Assembly (NCBI GenBank): GCA_966212275.1
Contig: CBIHQV010000011.1
Span: 60,010-124,009, forward strand
Direction: 5' to 3'
DNA: 64,000 bases
Source of the DNA: an uncultured Devosia sp.
Lineage (GTDB): Bacteria > Pseudomonadota > Alphaproteobacteria > Rhizobiales > Devosiaceae
In this document: positions 9,078 to 17,796 of the stretch, piece after piece
Layout of the letters: every line of letters starts with the position of its first letter
How positions within the stretch are numbered: the first letter of the stretch is position 1
Made by a program: the position numbers and the translations under genes
The notes under the pieces: generated by a model
Seen by the model: the letters and a program-made list of their open reading frames with translations, nothing else
What the model was told of the DNA's origin: nothing
The model's database searches: none

Positions 9078-10027
9078 GGCGCACTCCTTTCGCGCAGACG
9101 CGGATCGACCAGCGCATAGGCGATGTCGGTCAGCAGCATCGTAGCGGTCACCGTGACGATGAGAATGATGGTGGCGCCGCGCACCAAAATCAGGTCGCGC
9201 TCGGAAATGGCGGTGAAGATCAGCCGGCCCAGGCCCGGCAGGTAGAACACGTTCTCGACGATGATAGTGCCGGCGACGAGATAAGCGAATTGCAGCCCGA
9301 GGATTGTCAGCACCGGTAGCAGCGCATTGCGCACGCCATGGCGCCACACGGCTTCGCCCATGGTGAGGCCCTTGGCGCGGGCGGTGCGGATATAATCCTG
9401 GCCGGTGACGTCGACGAGCGCGGTGCGTATCACCCGCGCGAGGATCGAGGCCTGGGGCAGGGCCAGCGCCAGGCTGGGGAGGATCAGCCCGCGCAGGGCG
9501 GCACCGCTATCCTCGTCCCACGGGGTGAAACCACCGGGCGGCAGCCAGCGCAGCGTGACGGCGAAGAGCAGCGTCAGCAGCATGCCGAACCAGAAATTGG
9601 GGATGGCGACGCCAGTCTGCGCGGTGACCATGATGATGGTATCGAGCGCCTTGCCGCGGCGGCGGGCGGCGAGAATGCCCAGCGGCAGGCCGACCAGCAT
9701 GGAGATTGCCATGGCGAAGACCGCGAGCGGCAGCGTCACGCCCAGCCGGCCCCAGATCAGTTCGGCCACGGGCGCGCGCTGGGTATAGCTGGTGCCGAAA
9801 TCGCCACGCAGCATGCCAAGCACCCAGTCGATGAAGCGTTGATAGGCGGGCGCATCGAGCCCCATCTGTGCCCGCAGGCTGGCCACCGATTCCGGCGTGG
9901 CATTGATGCCCAGGATGAACTGCGCCGGATCGCCGGGGAGCAGATCGAGCAACCAGAAGATGACAATGGCCGCGACCAGGAGGGTCACGGCAAAGCCGAG
10001 GAAGCGGCGGAGGGCGAAGAGGATCAT
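9074..10027 (-). CDS. ABC transporter permease (DppB/OppB-like)
   Basis: 317 aa. MILFALRRFLGFAVTLL..., GDPAQFILG and IRTARAKGL are typical DppB-family motifs. Confidence 0.9.
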   Translation of the reverse strand: MILFALRRFLGFAVTLLVAAIVIFWLLDLLPGDPAQFILGINATPESVASLRAQMGLDAPAYQRFIDWVLGMLRGDFGTSYTQRAPVAELIWGRLGVTLPLAVFAMAISMLVGLPLGILAARRRGKALDTIIMVTAQTGVAIPNFWFGMLLTLLFAVTLRWLPPGGFTPWDEDSGAALRGLILPSLALALPQASILARVIRTALVDVTGQDYIRTARAKGLTMGEAVWRHGVRNALLPVLTILGLQFAYLVAGTIIVENVFYLPGLGRLIFTAISERDLILVRGATIILIVTVTATMLLTDIAYALVDPRLRERSAP

Positions 10028-10035
10028 CGACTCTT

Positions 10036-10190
10036 ACCTCGCCCCTCCGGGGAGAGGTCGGCGCGCAGCGCCGGGTGAGGGGTGGGATGTTGCACAGCAC
10101 GCGGCGCGCTGGGCCAAGACCCCTCACCCCAGCTCTGCCAAGTCGCTGACGCTCCTGGTGGCGCTACCCTCTCCCCGAAGGGGCGAGGGT
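10036..10190. repeat. family-2 nested palindromic repeat (CCTCNCCCC/GGGGNGAGG hairpins)
   Basis: ACCTCGCCCCTCCGGGGAGAGGT ... GGGTGAGGGGT ... ACCCCTCACCC ... ACCCTCTCCCCGAAGGGGCGAGGGT. The two terminal hairpins are reverse complements of each other and an inner inverted repeat is present. Confidence 0.8.
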
Positions 10191-10210
10191 GCGTCGGGGC
10201 AAGGGCCGGA

Positions 10211-11692
10211 TCATTCCACCCAGCGAATATCCCGCAATACCAACCCCTCGATCGGCGAGTTCTGCCACATGCCTTCGAGCTTGGCGTTCCATACGCCGGT
10301 CTGGGCGAGTTCGAAGAGGTAGCCGTTGACGGCATCATTGGCGAGGATGGTCTGGGCTTCGATGGCCAGTTCCTTGCGCGCGGCTTCATCGGTCGTGCCG
10401 TTGAGCTTTTCGATGAGCGCCTGGAACTCGGGATTGTCATAGCCGAAGTAGTAGTCGGGGTTGGCGTAGTTGCCAATGTCGAACGGTTCCACGTGGCTGA
10501 CGATGGAGAGGTCGAAGTCCTTGTTGGTATAGACATCTTCCAGCCACTGCGCCCATTCGACGTTGATCAATTCGATCTTGATGCCGACGGCGGCGAGCTG
10601 GCTGGCGATGATCTGCCCCGAGGTGCGGGCATAGGCCACCGGCGGCAGCTTGAGCGTGGCGCTGAAGCCGTCGGCCAGGCCCGCTTCGGCCAGCAGCGCC
10701 TTGGCGGCTGCGGGGTCGTAGGGATAGGTCGCGGTCAGGTCGACATAATAGGGATTGTGCGGCGCAAAGGGTGCGCCGATCGGCACGCCATAGCCATTGG
10801 TGGTGCCATCGATGATCGCCTTGCGATCGAGGGCGTGGGCGATGGCCTGGCGCACCTTGAGGTTGTCGAAGGGCGGCTTCTTGTTGTTGGTGGCAAGGAT
10901 CGTCTCGCCTTCGGTGGTGCCCACCAGCACGTTGAACTGCGGATTGCCCTCGAACACGGCCAGAGCATCGGTGGCAAAGTTGTTGGTGCCGTCGATATCG
11001 CCGGCCAAGAGCGCATTGGTCATCGTGGCGGTATCGCCGATGAACACATAGCTCGCCTTGGTCAGGTGCACCGGCTCGCCCCAATAGGGGCCATAGGCTT
11101 CCAGGATCACGCGGCTGCCCTTGTCCCACTGCAGGAACGCGAAGGGGCCGGTGCCGATGGGTTCATTGGCATTGTTGGCGGCGCTTTCGGGCGCCACGAT
11201 GACGGCGTCGCCGCGGCCCAGATCGAACAGGAAGCGCCCGATCTGCCGGTCGAGCTTGAACTCGACGGTCAGCGGATCGATCACGGTGATGGCGGTGATC
11301 GGCGCGTAGAATTCGGGATGCGCATTGACGCTGCCATCGGCGAGGATGCGATCGAAGCTGAACTTGACGTCTTCGGCATCGAAGGCCGAGCCATCGTGGA
11401 AGGTCACCCCATCATGCAGCTTGAAGGTGTAGGTCAGGCCGTCCTCGGAAATGGTCCAGCTCTCGGCCAGCCCGGGCTGCACGGCGCCGGTCTGGTCGAT
11501 GCGGGTCAGGCCCTCGAAGACGTTTTGGTAGACCACGATATCGATGGCCTCGGCCGCGCCGGCGGTGGGGTCGAGCGCGGGTGGCTCAAGCGCCACGCCG
11601 ATGCGGATCTCGGTCGGCTGAGCCATGGCCATGCCGGCCAGGGCCGTCGTCAGCGACAGCGCCAGCCCGATTGACTTGGTGATGTGATGCAT
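10211..11692 (-). CDS. ABC transporter substrate-binding protein, family 5 (peptide/nickel, DppA-like)
   Basis: Start set at MHHITKSIGLALSLTTALAGMAMAQ (signal peptide). The body has the family-5 SBP pattern (VTFHDGS.F.A.DV..S). Confidence 0.85.
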   Translation of the reverse strand: MHHITKSIGLALSLTTALAGMAMAQPTEIRIGVALEPPALDPTAGAAEAIDIVVYQNVFEGLTRIDQTGAVQPGLAESWTISEDGLTYTFKLHDGVTFHDGSAFDAEDVKFSFDRILADGSVNAHPEFYAPITAITVIDPLTVEFKLDRQIGRFLFDLGRGDAVIVAPESAANNANEPIGTGPFAFLQWDKGSRVILEAYGPYWGEPVHLTKASYVFIGDTATMTNALLAGDIDGTNNFATDALAVFEGNPQFNVLVGTTEGETILATNNKKPPFDNLKVRQAIAHALDRKAIIDGTTNGYGVPIGAPFAPHNPYYVDLTATYPYDPAAAKALLAEAGLADGFSATLKLPPVAYARTSGQIIASQLAAVGIKIELINVEWAQWLEDVYTNKDFDLSIVSHVEPFDIGNYANPDYYFGYDNPEFQALIEKLNGTTDEAARKELAIEAQTILANDAVNGYLFELAQTGVWNAKLEGMWQNSPIEGLVLRDIRWVE

Positions 11693-11830
11693 TGTCGTTT
11701 TACCCCGCGTCGCGCAACCGTGGCGCCCAGCGCCATCATATATGGAACGGCCACTAACATGGCAGCGGTCGCTGGTATTATTCTTTCCTACGATCACCCG
11801 GCTGCGTAGCAAGAACCACCGCGCGGTGGG

Positions 11831-14524
11831 CTATTCCGGCTGCGGCAGAGCAGGGCGTTCGACGAGGTCGGACGGGATGATCAGGGTGAACAGCATGCCC
11901 TGTTCGCCCGCCGGGTCGACCGAGAGCGAGAAGGCATTGACCGCCAGCAGCGAGCGCGTCAGCGCCAGCCCGACGCTGGAGCGCACCGGCGTCATCACCT
12001 GGCCGTCCTTGCCCACGCCGTCGCGGAAGACGACGAAGCGTTCGGCCATATCCACCGCATTGGTCGAGCTGTCGCGGACATGCACGGCAATGCCGCCATC
12101 GTCCTCGCGCTGGGCTGAGATCACCACCGCGCCGCCGGTCGGCGTCTGGTCGATGGCGCTGGCCAGGAGGTTGAGCACGGCCTGGGCGAGCGAGGCCCGG
12201 TCGGCGGTGATGCGCGGCAGGCTTTCGGAGATGGCGTTGCGCACGATGACGCGCGCGCCGCTGGCCTGCTGGCGGATGCGGATGACGCAGCTTTCGAGCA
12301 AGCCAGTGAGCTCGATGCTGGCCCGCTGCGGCAGGTAGCGGCCGTCGCGCAGACGCGCATAATCGTCCAGCTCATCGACCAGCGCGGCGATTTCCTGGCC
12401 GGCATTGGCGATATCCTGCGCGTAGCTTTCGTAGCGCTCGTTCTTGAGCGCCCCGAAGGCCTCCGAGCGAAGGAGGTCCGAAAAACCGACAATGGTGTTG
12501 AGCGGACGCCGCACGCCACGGCTGATGCGCGACAGCAGCGTCGGATCGGCGTCGGTGAGGCCGATGACGCGCTGCGGCGCCGCCTCGCGGGCCCGCACAA
12601 AGCCGAAATAGCCGGTGATCACCCCGGCCTGACCCTGCGCGAAGAGCGTGATTTCCGCCGCGCCGGAAGCCGAGCGGAGAGTGAGACAGGGGCGAGCGGT
12701 TTCGGCAAAACGCGCCGGGCGCTCGAGGAATTCACGCAGATGCTGGATGTCGCTGCCGGCAACGAGCGCGGAGAGCGCCTTGCCCTCGAGCGGCCCTTCG
12801 ATGCGCAGAAGTCCGGCGCTGCGCGGCGTGGCGGCGCCGATGACGCCGGCGCGGTTGGCTTCGATGAAGCCATCGCCCCTGACATCGGCAAAGGTCTGGG
12901 CAAAGGCGCTGACGGCGGCTTCGTGGCTGGTACGGACCTCGGTGGTGCTTGCCGACAGCATCAAGGCAGGACGACCCTGCCAGGAAATCGACTGCAGCCG
13001 CGCCGTGACCGGCACCAGCGTGCCGTCGCGCTGCACCAGGTGATTGACTGGGCCAGCATCTTGCCCCTCGGGGCCTGCTGCCGGGAACACGGCGGCAAGG
13101 CCGGCGGCGCGCAGGCTTTCCACCGAATCGTAGCCGACCATCTCGGTGATGGCGCGGTTGGCGAACAGCACCTGCTGGTCGCGGAACACCAGGATGCCCA
13201 GCGGCAGCCGGTTGAGCACCAGCGTCTCGCCGCCCAGATTGATCAGCGCACCGCCGCCGCGTGGCGCTTCTTCCATCGGCGGCTTGGCCGGCTGCGCCGG
13301 GTCGCCGATACGGTCATTGAGGATGCGCGACAGCTCGTCGAAATTGTAGCGCGACACCCGCTCGACTGCGTCGACATCGGCAACCGGGGCAGGGGTCAGC
13401 TCGGCCATTTCCTGGGCCAGGCGCTGCACGGCGTCGTCTTCGGCGGTCTGCGTGGTCGCCGGTAGGTCTGTCACAGGTTCGGCTTCTGGTTGCCCGTCGA
13501 GCGCTTCGAGGTTTGCGAGGTCGAGTTCGGCTTCGTCATGCTCCAGACCGGGGTGACGGGGCGCGAAGCCCCGGCCGGTGACCTGGAACAGCGTGCCGGC
13601 GGCTGGCTCGGACACAGCCTCGTCTTCGGCCTCGATGGCAGCGGGCGGCGGATTGTCGTCGGCTTCGGTCAGGGGCGTGAACAGCGCCTCGTCCGAAGCC
13701 AGTCGATCGACCAATTGGCTCAGCCGGCTCGGCACTGGCTCGCTGTACGGCTCTGGTGTGCTGTCGTCAGCGGCATAGTCTTCAACGGCGCTCTCGACAG
13801 GCGTGGGTTCGTCATGGCGCGGCAGGTCGTCCGCGGCCGCTTCGGCTGCTTCCGGCTCGTCCGCGACAGGCGTGGTTTGCTCCACCAGTTCGAGCACCGG
13901 AGCGCCGTCGAGTTCGGCATCGCGCCAGTTTTCCAGCTCGCGCGCATAGGCATTCTCGTCGGTCTCGACAGGAATATCGGCGCGCTCCTGCCCAACGTCT
14001 GGCAGCTCCACCTCCGGCTCCGATAGCGCGCCCTGCGCAGCGGCGAGATCGTCCACCGGGGCGGGGTTCTCGTCCTCGGTCGCATCGCTCTCGGGCGTCG
14101 GGGCGGGTGCCTCGATTACCGGCTCGCTCTCGGTTTCGCCTTCGGCTGCGGCGGTCAGAATGGCGGTATCGATGGCATCGACGCCCACCACAAGCAGCGC
14201 CGTCTGCCCATCCTGCCAGACGAGTGGAGTCGTTGCGCAGGTGCTGGAGGCCGGCTTGTCGCCGGCGAGGAACTGAATGCGGGCGAGGCTCGTGCGCCCG
14301 ATCGAGCCCAGGCGAATGTTGCGGGCGATCTGTCCCTTGATCGGAACGGCAGGCGGCGCGACCTTCAAACCGTGCTTTTTGAGCTTGGCCAGGAACAGCG
14401 GCGCGGCGGCGTTCTGCCACAGCAGCGACAGGCCATCCTGCGACCACAGCCAGGCCGGGCGCGAATCCCCCTCATGCTGCTGCACGCGGCGGGCGCTCGA
14501 CGATGTGGTCCAGTCAGCATCCAT
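11831..14524 (-). CDS. PAS/HisKA/HATPase-like protein with degenerate catalytic motifs (pseudo-histidine kinase) and a long acidic Pro-rich linker
   Basis: 897 aa. The C-terminal third aligns to HisKA+HATPase_c, but the H-box reads LSRISRGVRRPLNTIVGFSDLL (His replaced by Arg), the N-box reads NLLASAIDQT and G1 reads VRDSSTNA. Confidence 0.8.
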   Translation of the reverse strand: MDADWTTSSSARRVQQHEGDSRPAWLWSQDGLSLLWQNAAAPLFLAKLKKHGLKVAPPAVPIKGQIARNIRLGSIGRTSLARIQFLAGDKPASSTCATTPLVWQDGQTALLVVGVDAIDTAILTAAAEGETESEPVIEAPAPTPESDATEDENPAPVDDLAAAQGALSEPEVELPDVGQERADIPVETDENAYARELENWRDAELDGAPVLELVEQTTPVADEPEAAEAAADDLPRHDEPTPVESAVEDYAADDSTPEPYSEPVPSRLSQLVDRLASDEALFTPLTEADDNPPPAAIEAEDEAVSEPAAGTLFQVTGRGFAPRHPGLEHDEAELDLANLEALDGQPEAEPVTDLPATTQTAEDDAVQRLAQEMAELTPAPVADVDAVERVSRYNFDELSRILNDRIGDPAQPAKPPMEEAPRGGGALINLGGETLVLNRLPLGILVFRDQQVLFANRAITEMVGYDSVESLRAAGLAAVFPAAGPEGQDAGPVNHLVQRDGTLVPVTARLQSISWQGRPALMLSASTTEVRTSHEAAVSAFAQTFADVRGDGFIEANRAGVIGAATPRSAGLLRIEGPLEGKALSALVAGSDIQHLREFLERPARFAETARPCLTLRSASGAAEITLFAQGQAGVITGYFGFVRAREAAPQRVIGLTDADPTLLSRISRGVRRPLNTIVGFSDLLRSEAFGALKNERYESYAQDIANAGQEIAALVDELDDYARLRDGRYLPQRASIELTGLLESCVIRIRQQASGARVIVRNAISESLPRITADRASLAQAVLNLLASAIDQTPTGGAVVISAQREDDGGIAVHVRDSSTNAVDMAERFVVFRDGVGKDGQVMTPVRSSVGLALTRSLLAVNAFSLSVDPAGEQGMLFTLIIPSDLVERPALPQPE

Positions 14525-14802
14525 CTAAGACAAGTCTCTCCGTTCCGGGATGCGGCGGGCGTTTCCGTGCCATTTCAGGACAAATTGCTCCCGGAAGCTA
14601 AGGTTTCTTCAATATAGAGTGCATTCCCCGGGGTCCAGTGCAGCACGGCGCCGACACCCGTCGTTCGGCTGGAATGGTTAAACCGCGGCCCGGCCCCGGC
14701 CCGTTATCCGGCGGCAAAATCGGTGCTTGTCATCCCGGGATTCTCGACCTATGTTCCGCCCGCTTTCGGGACGAGCGTTTCGCCGCCCCTCGCAGAGCAT
14801 TT

Positions 14803-14879
14803 GCCGCCTTAGCTCAGTTGGTTAGAGCGCTAGATTGTGGATCTAGAGGTCCCCCGTTCAATCCGGGGAGGCGGTACCA
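14803..14879 (+). tRNA. tRNA-His (anticodon GTG)
   Basis: Cloverleaf readable by eye: acceptor GCCGCCT/AGGCGGT, D-arm AGCTCAGTTGGTTAGAGC, anticodon stem-loop CTAGA-TTGTGGA-TCTAG, T-arm CCCCGTTCAATCCGGGG, encoded CCA. Position -1 is T, with a G1:U72 pair and A73. Confidence 0.95.
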
Positions 14880-14884
14880 TTCCC

Positions 14885-16984
14885 CTAGTGGCTGAGACGC
14901 AGCTCGGAGAGGTTCTCCGCGATATCTGCGAACACGTCCTGCAGCGCCTGACCGGTGCCGGCCACATAGGCCTTGCTTGGATCCGATGCGCAATTGGCCA
15001 TCATCTGCTTGGCGACCGGCTTGTCGTCGATGGCGAGGCCCACCGTGTAGACCGTGATACCGGCAGCCTTCATGTTCTGGCAGAGCGTCGCGGTCTGTTC
15101 GTAGGACGAGGTGTTTGTAGCATCTTGGCCAAACATGTCCTGGTAGCCGCCGCTGCCGGTGGTTGAGTTCTTGGCGATGACGCCATTCTTGTAGATGGAA
15201 TTGTACTCGCCGTCGGTCATGATCACCACGGCCTTGGCCACCGGGCGCAGCGTGTCGCCCACCGCCGGGCGGCTGGCCAACGGCCAGGGGCCATTGAATG
15301 TGGCCGACAGCATGTACCAGGCCCATGCCACGCCGATCTGGCCACCGGTCGAGCCTGTGGCGGTCAGCGTATTGGCAACGCCGTGCAGCGTGGCTTTGTT
15401 GACATTGGTGCCGACGTTCGCCCCCTTGGTGATGGTCAGTGGCAGGATTGTGTCGGCCAGGCAGGTGTTGCTCGAGACCGGGTAGTTCCGCCCGACAAGC
15501 GTCGTCAGATATGACGCGTCGGTAAATGTGTTGACGTCGCGCTCGGTGACGCAGGTGCTACTGGCGTGGCGGCGCTGGGACGTGTTGACGGCGTTCTGGC
15601 CATATATGCCTGGGCTGCTTTCGGGATTGGTGAACAGATACTGCGAGCAGCCCTGCACGACGCAGGCTACCGTTCCACCGGACGTGAAGGTTCCATAATT
15701 CTTGCCATTGGTGGCGGCCGTGCCGGGCAACACGAAAGTGTTGCTGGTCACCGGTCCAGCCACTTTCCAGACGAGGAACCGATAGTCGGTGTCACTCGTA
15801 TTGTTGTTGATCCAGTTATAGTCGACGTTATCGGCCCGGCGGCTGCCGTTGCTGTTGAAGCTTTCGGTGGCGTCGTTGTAGTGACTCTCGAAGGTCGGGC
15901 TGATCGTTGTGCCGTTCGCCCGCGTCGTACTGTAGTTCTCGGTGGTGGTGCCGGCCATGACCACGCCATTGATATAGGCGAAGGAATTCACGCTCAACCC
16001 ATGCGCGTTTGAGGTCACCTGCAGCTCACAGGTTGGAACCAGGCACTTGATCACCCGCCCGGCACTGCCCGAGTAAGTGCTGTAGCTGGTGCCATTGACG
16101 CCCACGAGCCGGAACGTATTGGTGGCCACGTTGGATATCGTGAAGATCTTGTTGTCGATTTGCGACATCGTGCCGCTCGTGCCGGAAATATAGACCGTAT
16201 CGCCATTGGCAAAGCCATGGCTGTTGGCGGTGATGACCACCGGGTTGGCCTTGGTCGCAGCGGAAATGGTCTTGGCCGTGCCGCTTGACCAGGCGATATT
16301 GGTGATGGCCGTCGGCTGCGTGATCGCGCCGCGTACGGCATTGGCAAAGCCGCCCACATTGACGGCCTGCGAATAGGGCACCAGCGCCATTCGCGAGGTG
16401 GTTGGCGTCTGCTGGTCCTGCACGATCAGCTCGATAAGCTGGTTCAGTGCGGTCTTGAGCGACGCGATCTTGGTTGTGTAACCGCCCAGGCCGTTGGGGA
16501 TCGAGTTGTTCATCGAGTTCGATAGATCGACCGCTACTGCCACCTCGATATCGATCGAGCCCTGTGTCGCTTCCGAAACGATGCGGCCGCCAAGTTCGGG
16601 CACGCCGACCAGCGCGACAAAGGCCGTCGGCACGGTGATCGTCGCCTCAAGATAAATCGAGCCGGCCTCCTCGTTCTCGACGACCGACTCGACCTCCGCG
16701 GTGATGGCGGCGCTGATGCTGCCTTCGGCAATGCGATCATCGACCAGCGCTTGCGCCAGTGGTTTGAGCTGGGCCTCGGTGAGGTCGTAGATGCGCGGTT
16801 GCAGGGCCAGCGCCGAGGCATCGAGCGCGATCTGGGCGCGATTGCGCGTCTGCTCGAGCGCAATGTAGTCCACCACCGCGCCCGCCAGCGCGACCAGCAC
16901 GATCGCCATAAGACCAAACAGCACGGCAAAGACGCCGCGTTCATCACGGCCGAAGCGTCTGGCCAGCGAGAGGAAGCGTTGCAT
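14885..16984 (-). CDS. TadG-like (Flp-pilus TadE/G-like N-terminus) protein with a vWA domain split by a large N/S/T-rich insert
   Basis: N-terminus RRFGRDERGVFAVLFGLMAIVLVALAGAVVDY (Tad-like TM segment), MIDAS VAVDLSNSM, late vWA strand AVVIMTDGEYN. Start set at MQRFLSL (alternative ATG at 17011). Confidence 0.75.
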   Translation of the reverse strand: MQRFLSLARRFGRDERGVFAVLFGLMAIVLVALAGAVVDYIALEQTRNRAQIALDASALALQPRIYDLTEAQLKPLAQALVDDRIAEGSISAAITAEVESVVENEEAGSIYLEATITVPTAFVALVGVPELGGRIVSEATQGSIDIEVAVAVDLSNSMNNSIPNGLGGYTTKIASLKTALNQLIELIVQDQQTPTTSRMALVPYSQAVNVGGFANAVRGAITQPTAITNIAWSSGTAKTISAATKANPVVITANSHGFANGDTVYISGTSGTMSQIDNKIFTISNVATNTFRLVGVNGTSYSTYSGSAGRVIKCLVPTCELQVTSNAHGLSVNSFAYINGVVMAGTTTENYSTTRANGTTISPTFESHYNDATESFNSNGSRRADNVDYNWINNNTSDTDYRFLVWKVAGPVTSNTFVLPGTAATNGKNYGTFTSGGTVACVVQGCSQYLFTNPESSPGIYGQNAVNTSQRRHASSTCVTERDVNTFTDASYLTTLVGRNYPVSSNTCLADTILPLTITKGANVGTNVNKATLHGVANTLTATGSTGGQIGVAWAWYMLSATFNGPWPLASRPAVGDTLRPVAKAVVIMTDGEYNSIYKNGVIAKNSTTGSGGYQDMFGQDATNTSSYEQTATLCQNMKAAGITVYTVGLAIDDKPVAKQMMANCASDPSKAYVAGTGQALQDVFADIAENLSELRLSH

Positions 16985-17048
16985 GGAGCGGGCACCCACA
17001 GGTTTCGGCATCTTTACCGAACCCGCTGACTGTCCACGAAAATCGTTA

Positions 17049-17672
17049 TTAAAGCACAACAACCTTCGTATAAAGTTGGACACGATCGTAGAGGTCGATC
17101 ACGTCCGCATTGGTCATGCGGATGCAGCCTGACGACACATTCTGGCCGATGCTCCAGGGCTCGGTGGTGCCGTGGATGCGGTAGAGCGTCGACCCCAGAT
17201 AGAGGGCCCGTGCGCCCAGCGGATTGTCCGGGCCGCCCTCCATATGGCGCGGCAGTTCCGGCCGGCGCTGCAGCATTTCGGCCGGCGGCGTCCAGCCCGG
17301 CCATTCCGCCTTGCGGGTGATCTCGTGCGTGCCGCTCCATTCGAAGCCCGATTTGGCGACGCCGATGCCGTAGCGCAGGGCGCGGCCGTCTCCGAGCACG
17401 AAATAGAGGAAATGCGCGCCCGTATCGACGACGATGGTGCCGCTCCGTTCGCTGGTCGGATATGGCACGACCTGCCGCAGATAGACCGGGGAGACCTGCA
17501 TATTGGCCTGCAGCGCCAGCGCGTGGCGCGGCGTGCCCTGGACGATGGTGACGCCCGGCGGTGGCGCGAAACGCCAGCCCGGCTGCAACCCGGCGCCCTG
17601 CGCCGGCAGCAGCATCGACAGGCCGATCACCAGGGCCAGGAGCCCCTTGCCTTGCGTCTTCATCCCGATCAT
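17049..17672 (-). CDS. L,D-transpeptidase (YkuD domain), secreted
   Basis: Signal peptide MIGMKTQGKGLLALVIGLSMLLPAQG. Catalytic motif LYRIHGTTEPWSIGQNVSSGCIRMTNADV. Confidence 0.9.
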   Translation of the reverse strand: MIGMKTQGKGLLALVIGLSMLLPAQGAGLQPGWRFAPPPGVTIVQGTPRHALALQANMQVSPVYLRQVVPYPTSERSGTIVVDTGAHFLYFVLGDGRALRYGIGVAKSGFEWSGTHEITRKAEWPGWTPPAEMLQRRPELPRHMEGGPDNPLGARALYLGSTLYRIHGTTEPWSIGQNVSSGCIRMTNADVIDLYDRVQLYTKVVVL

Positions 17673-17796
17673 GGCGACTTCCACATTCGCGCCGGCTATC
17701 CGGCTTTGGCTGCAGATTGCCGCAAAATGGCCAACACGCCGTGAAGCGGCATGGTTAAGCCATTGATCGCGCTGTTGGTTAGCGGATGGTAAGCAG

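Noticed and set aside
14553-14572. TGGCAC hexamer (minus strand) about 45 nt upstream of the pseudokinase gene; a possible sigma-54 promoter for the orphan activator at 32294-33721.
   Set aside because: The sequence is TGGCACGGAAACGCCC. The GG-to-GC spacing is 9 rather than 10 nt and there is no TTGC -12 element, so it does not fit the -24/-12 consensus.
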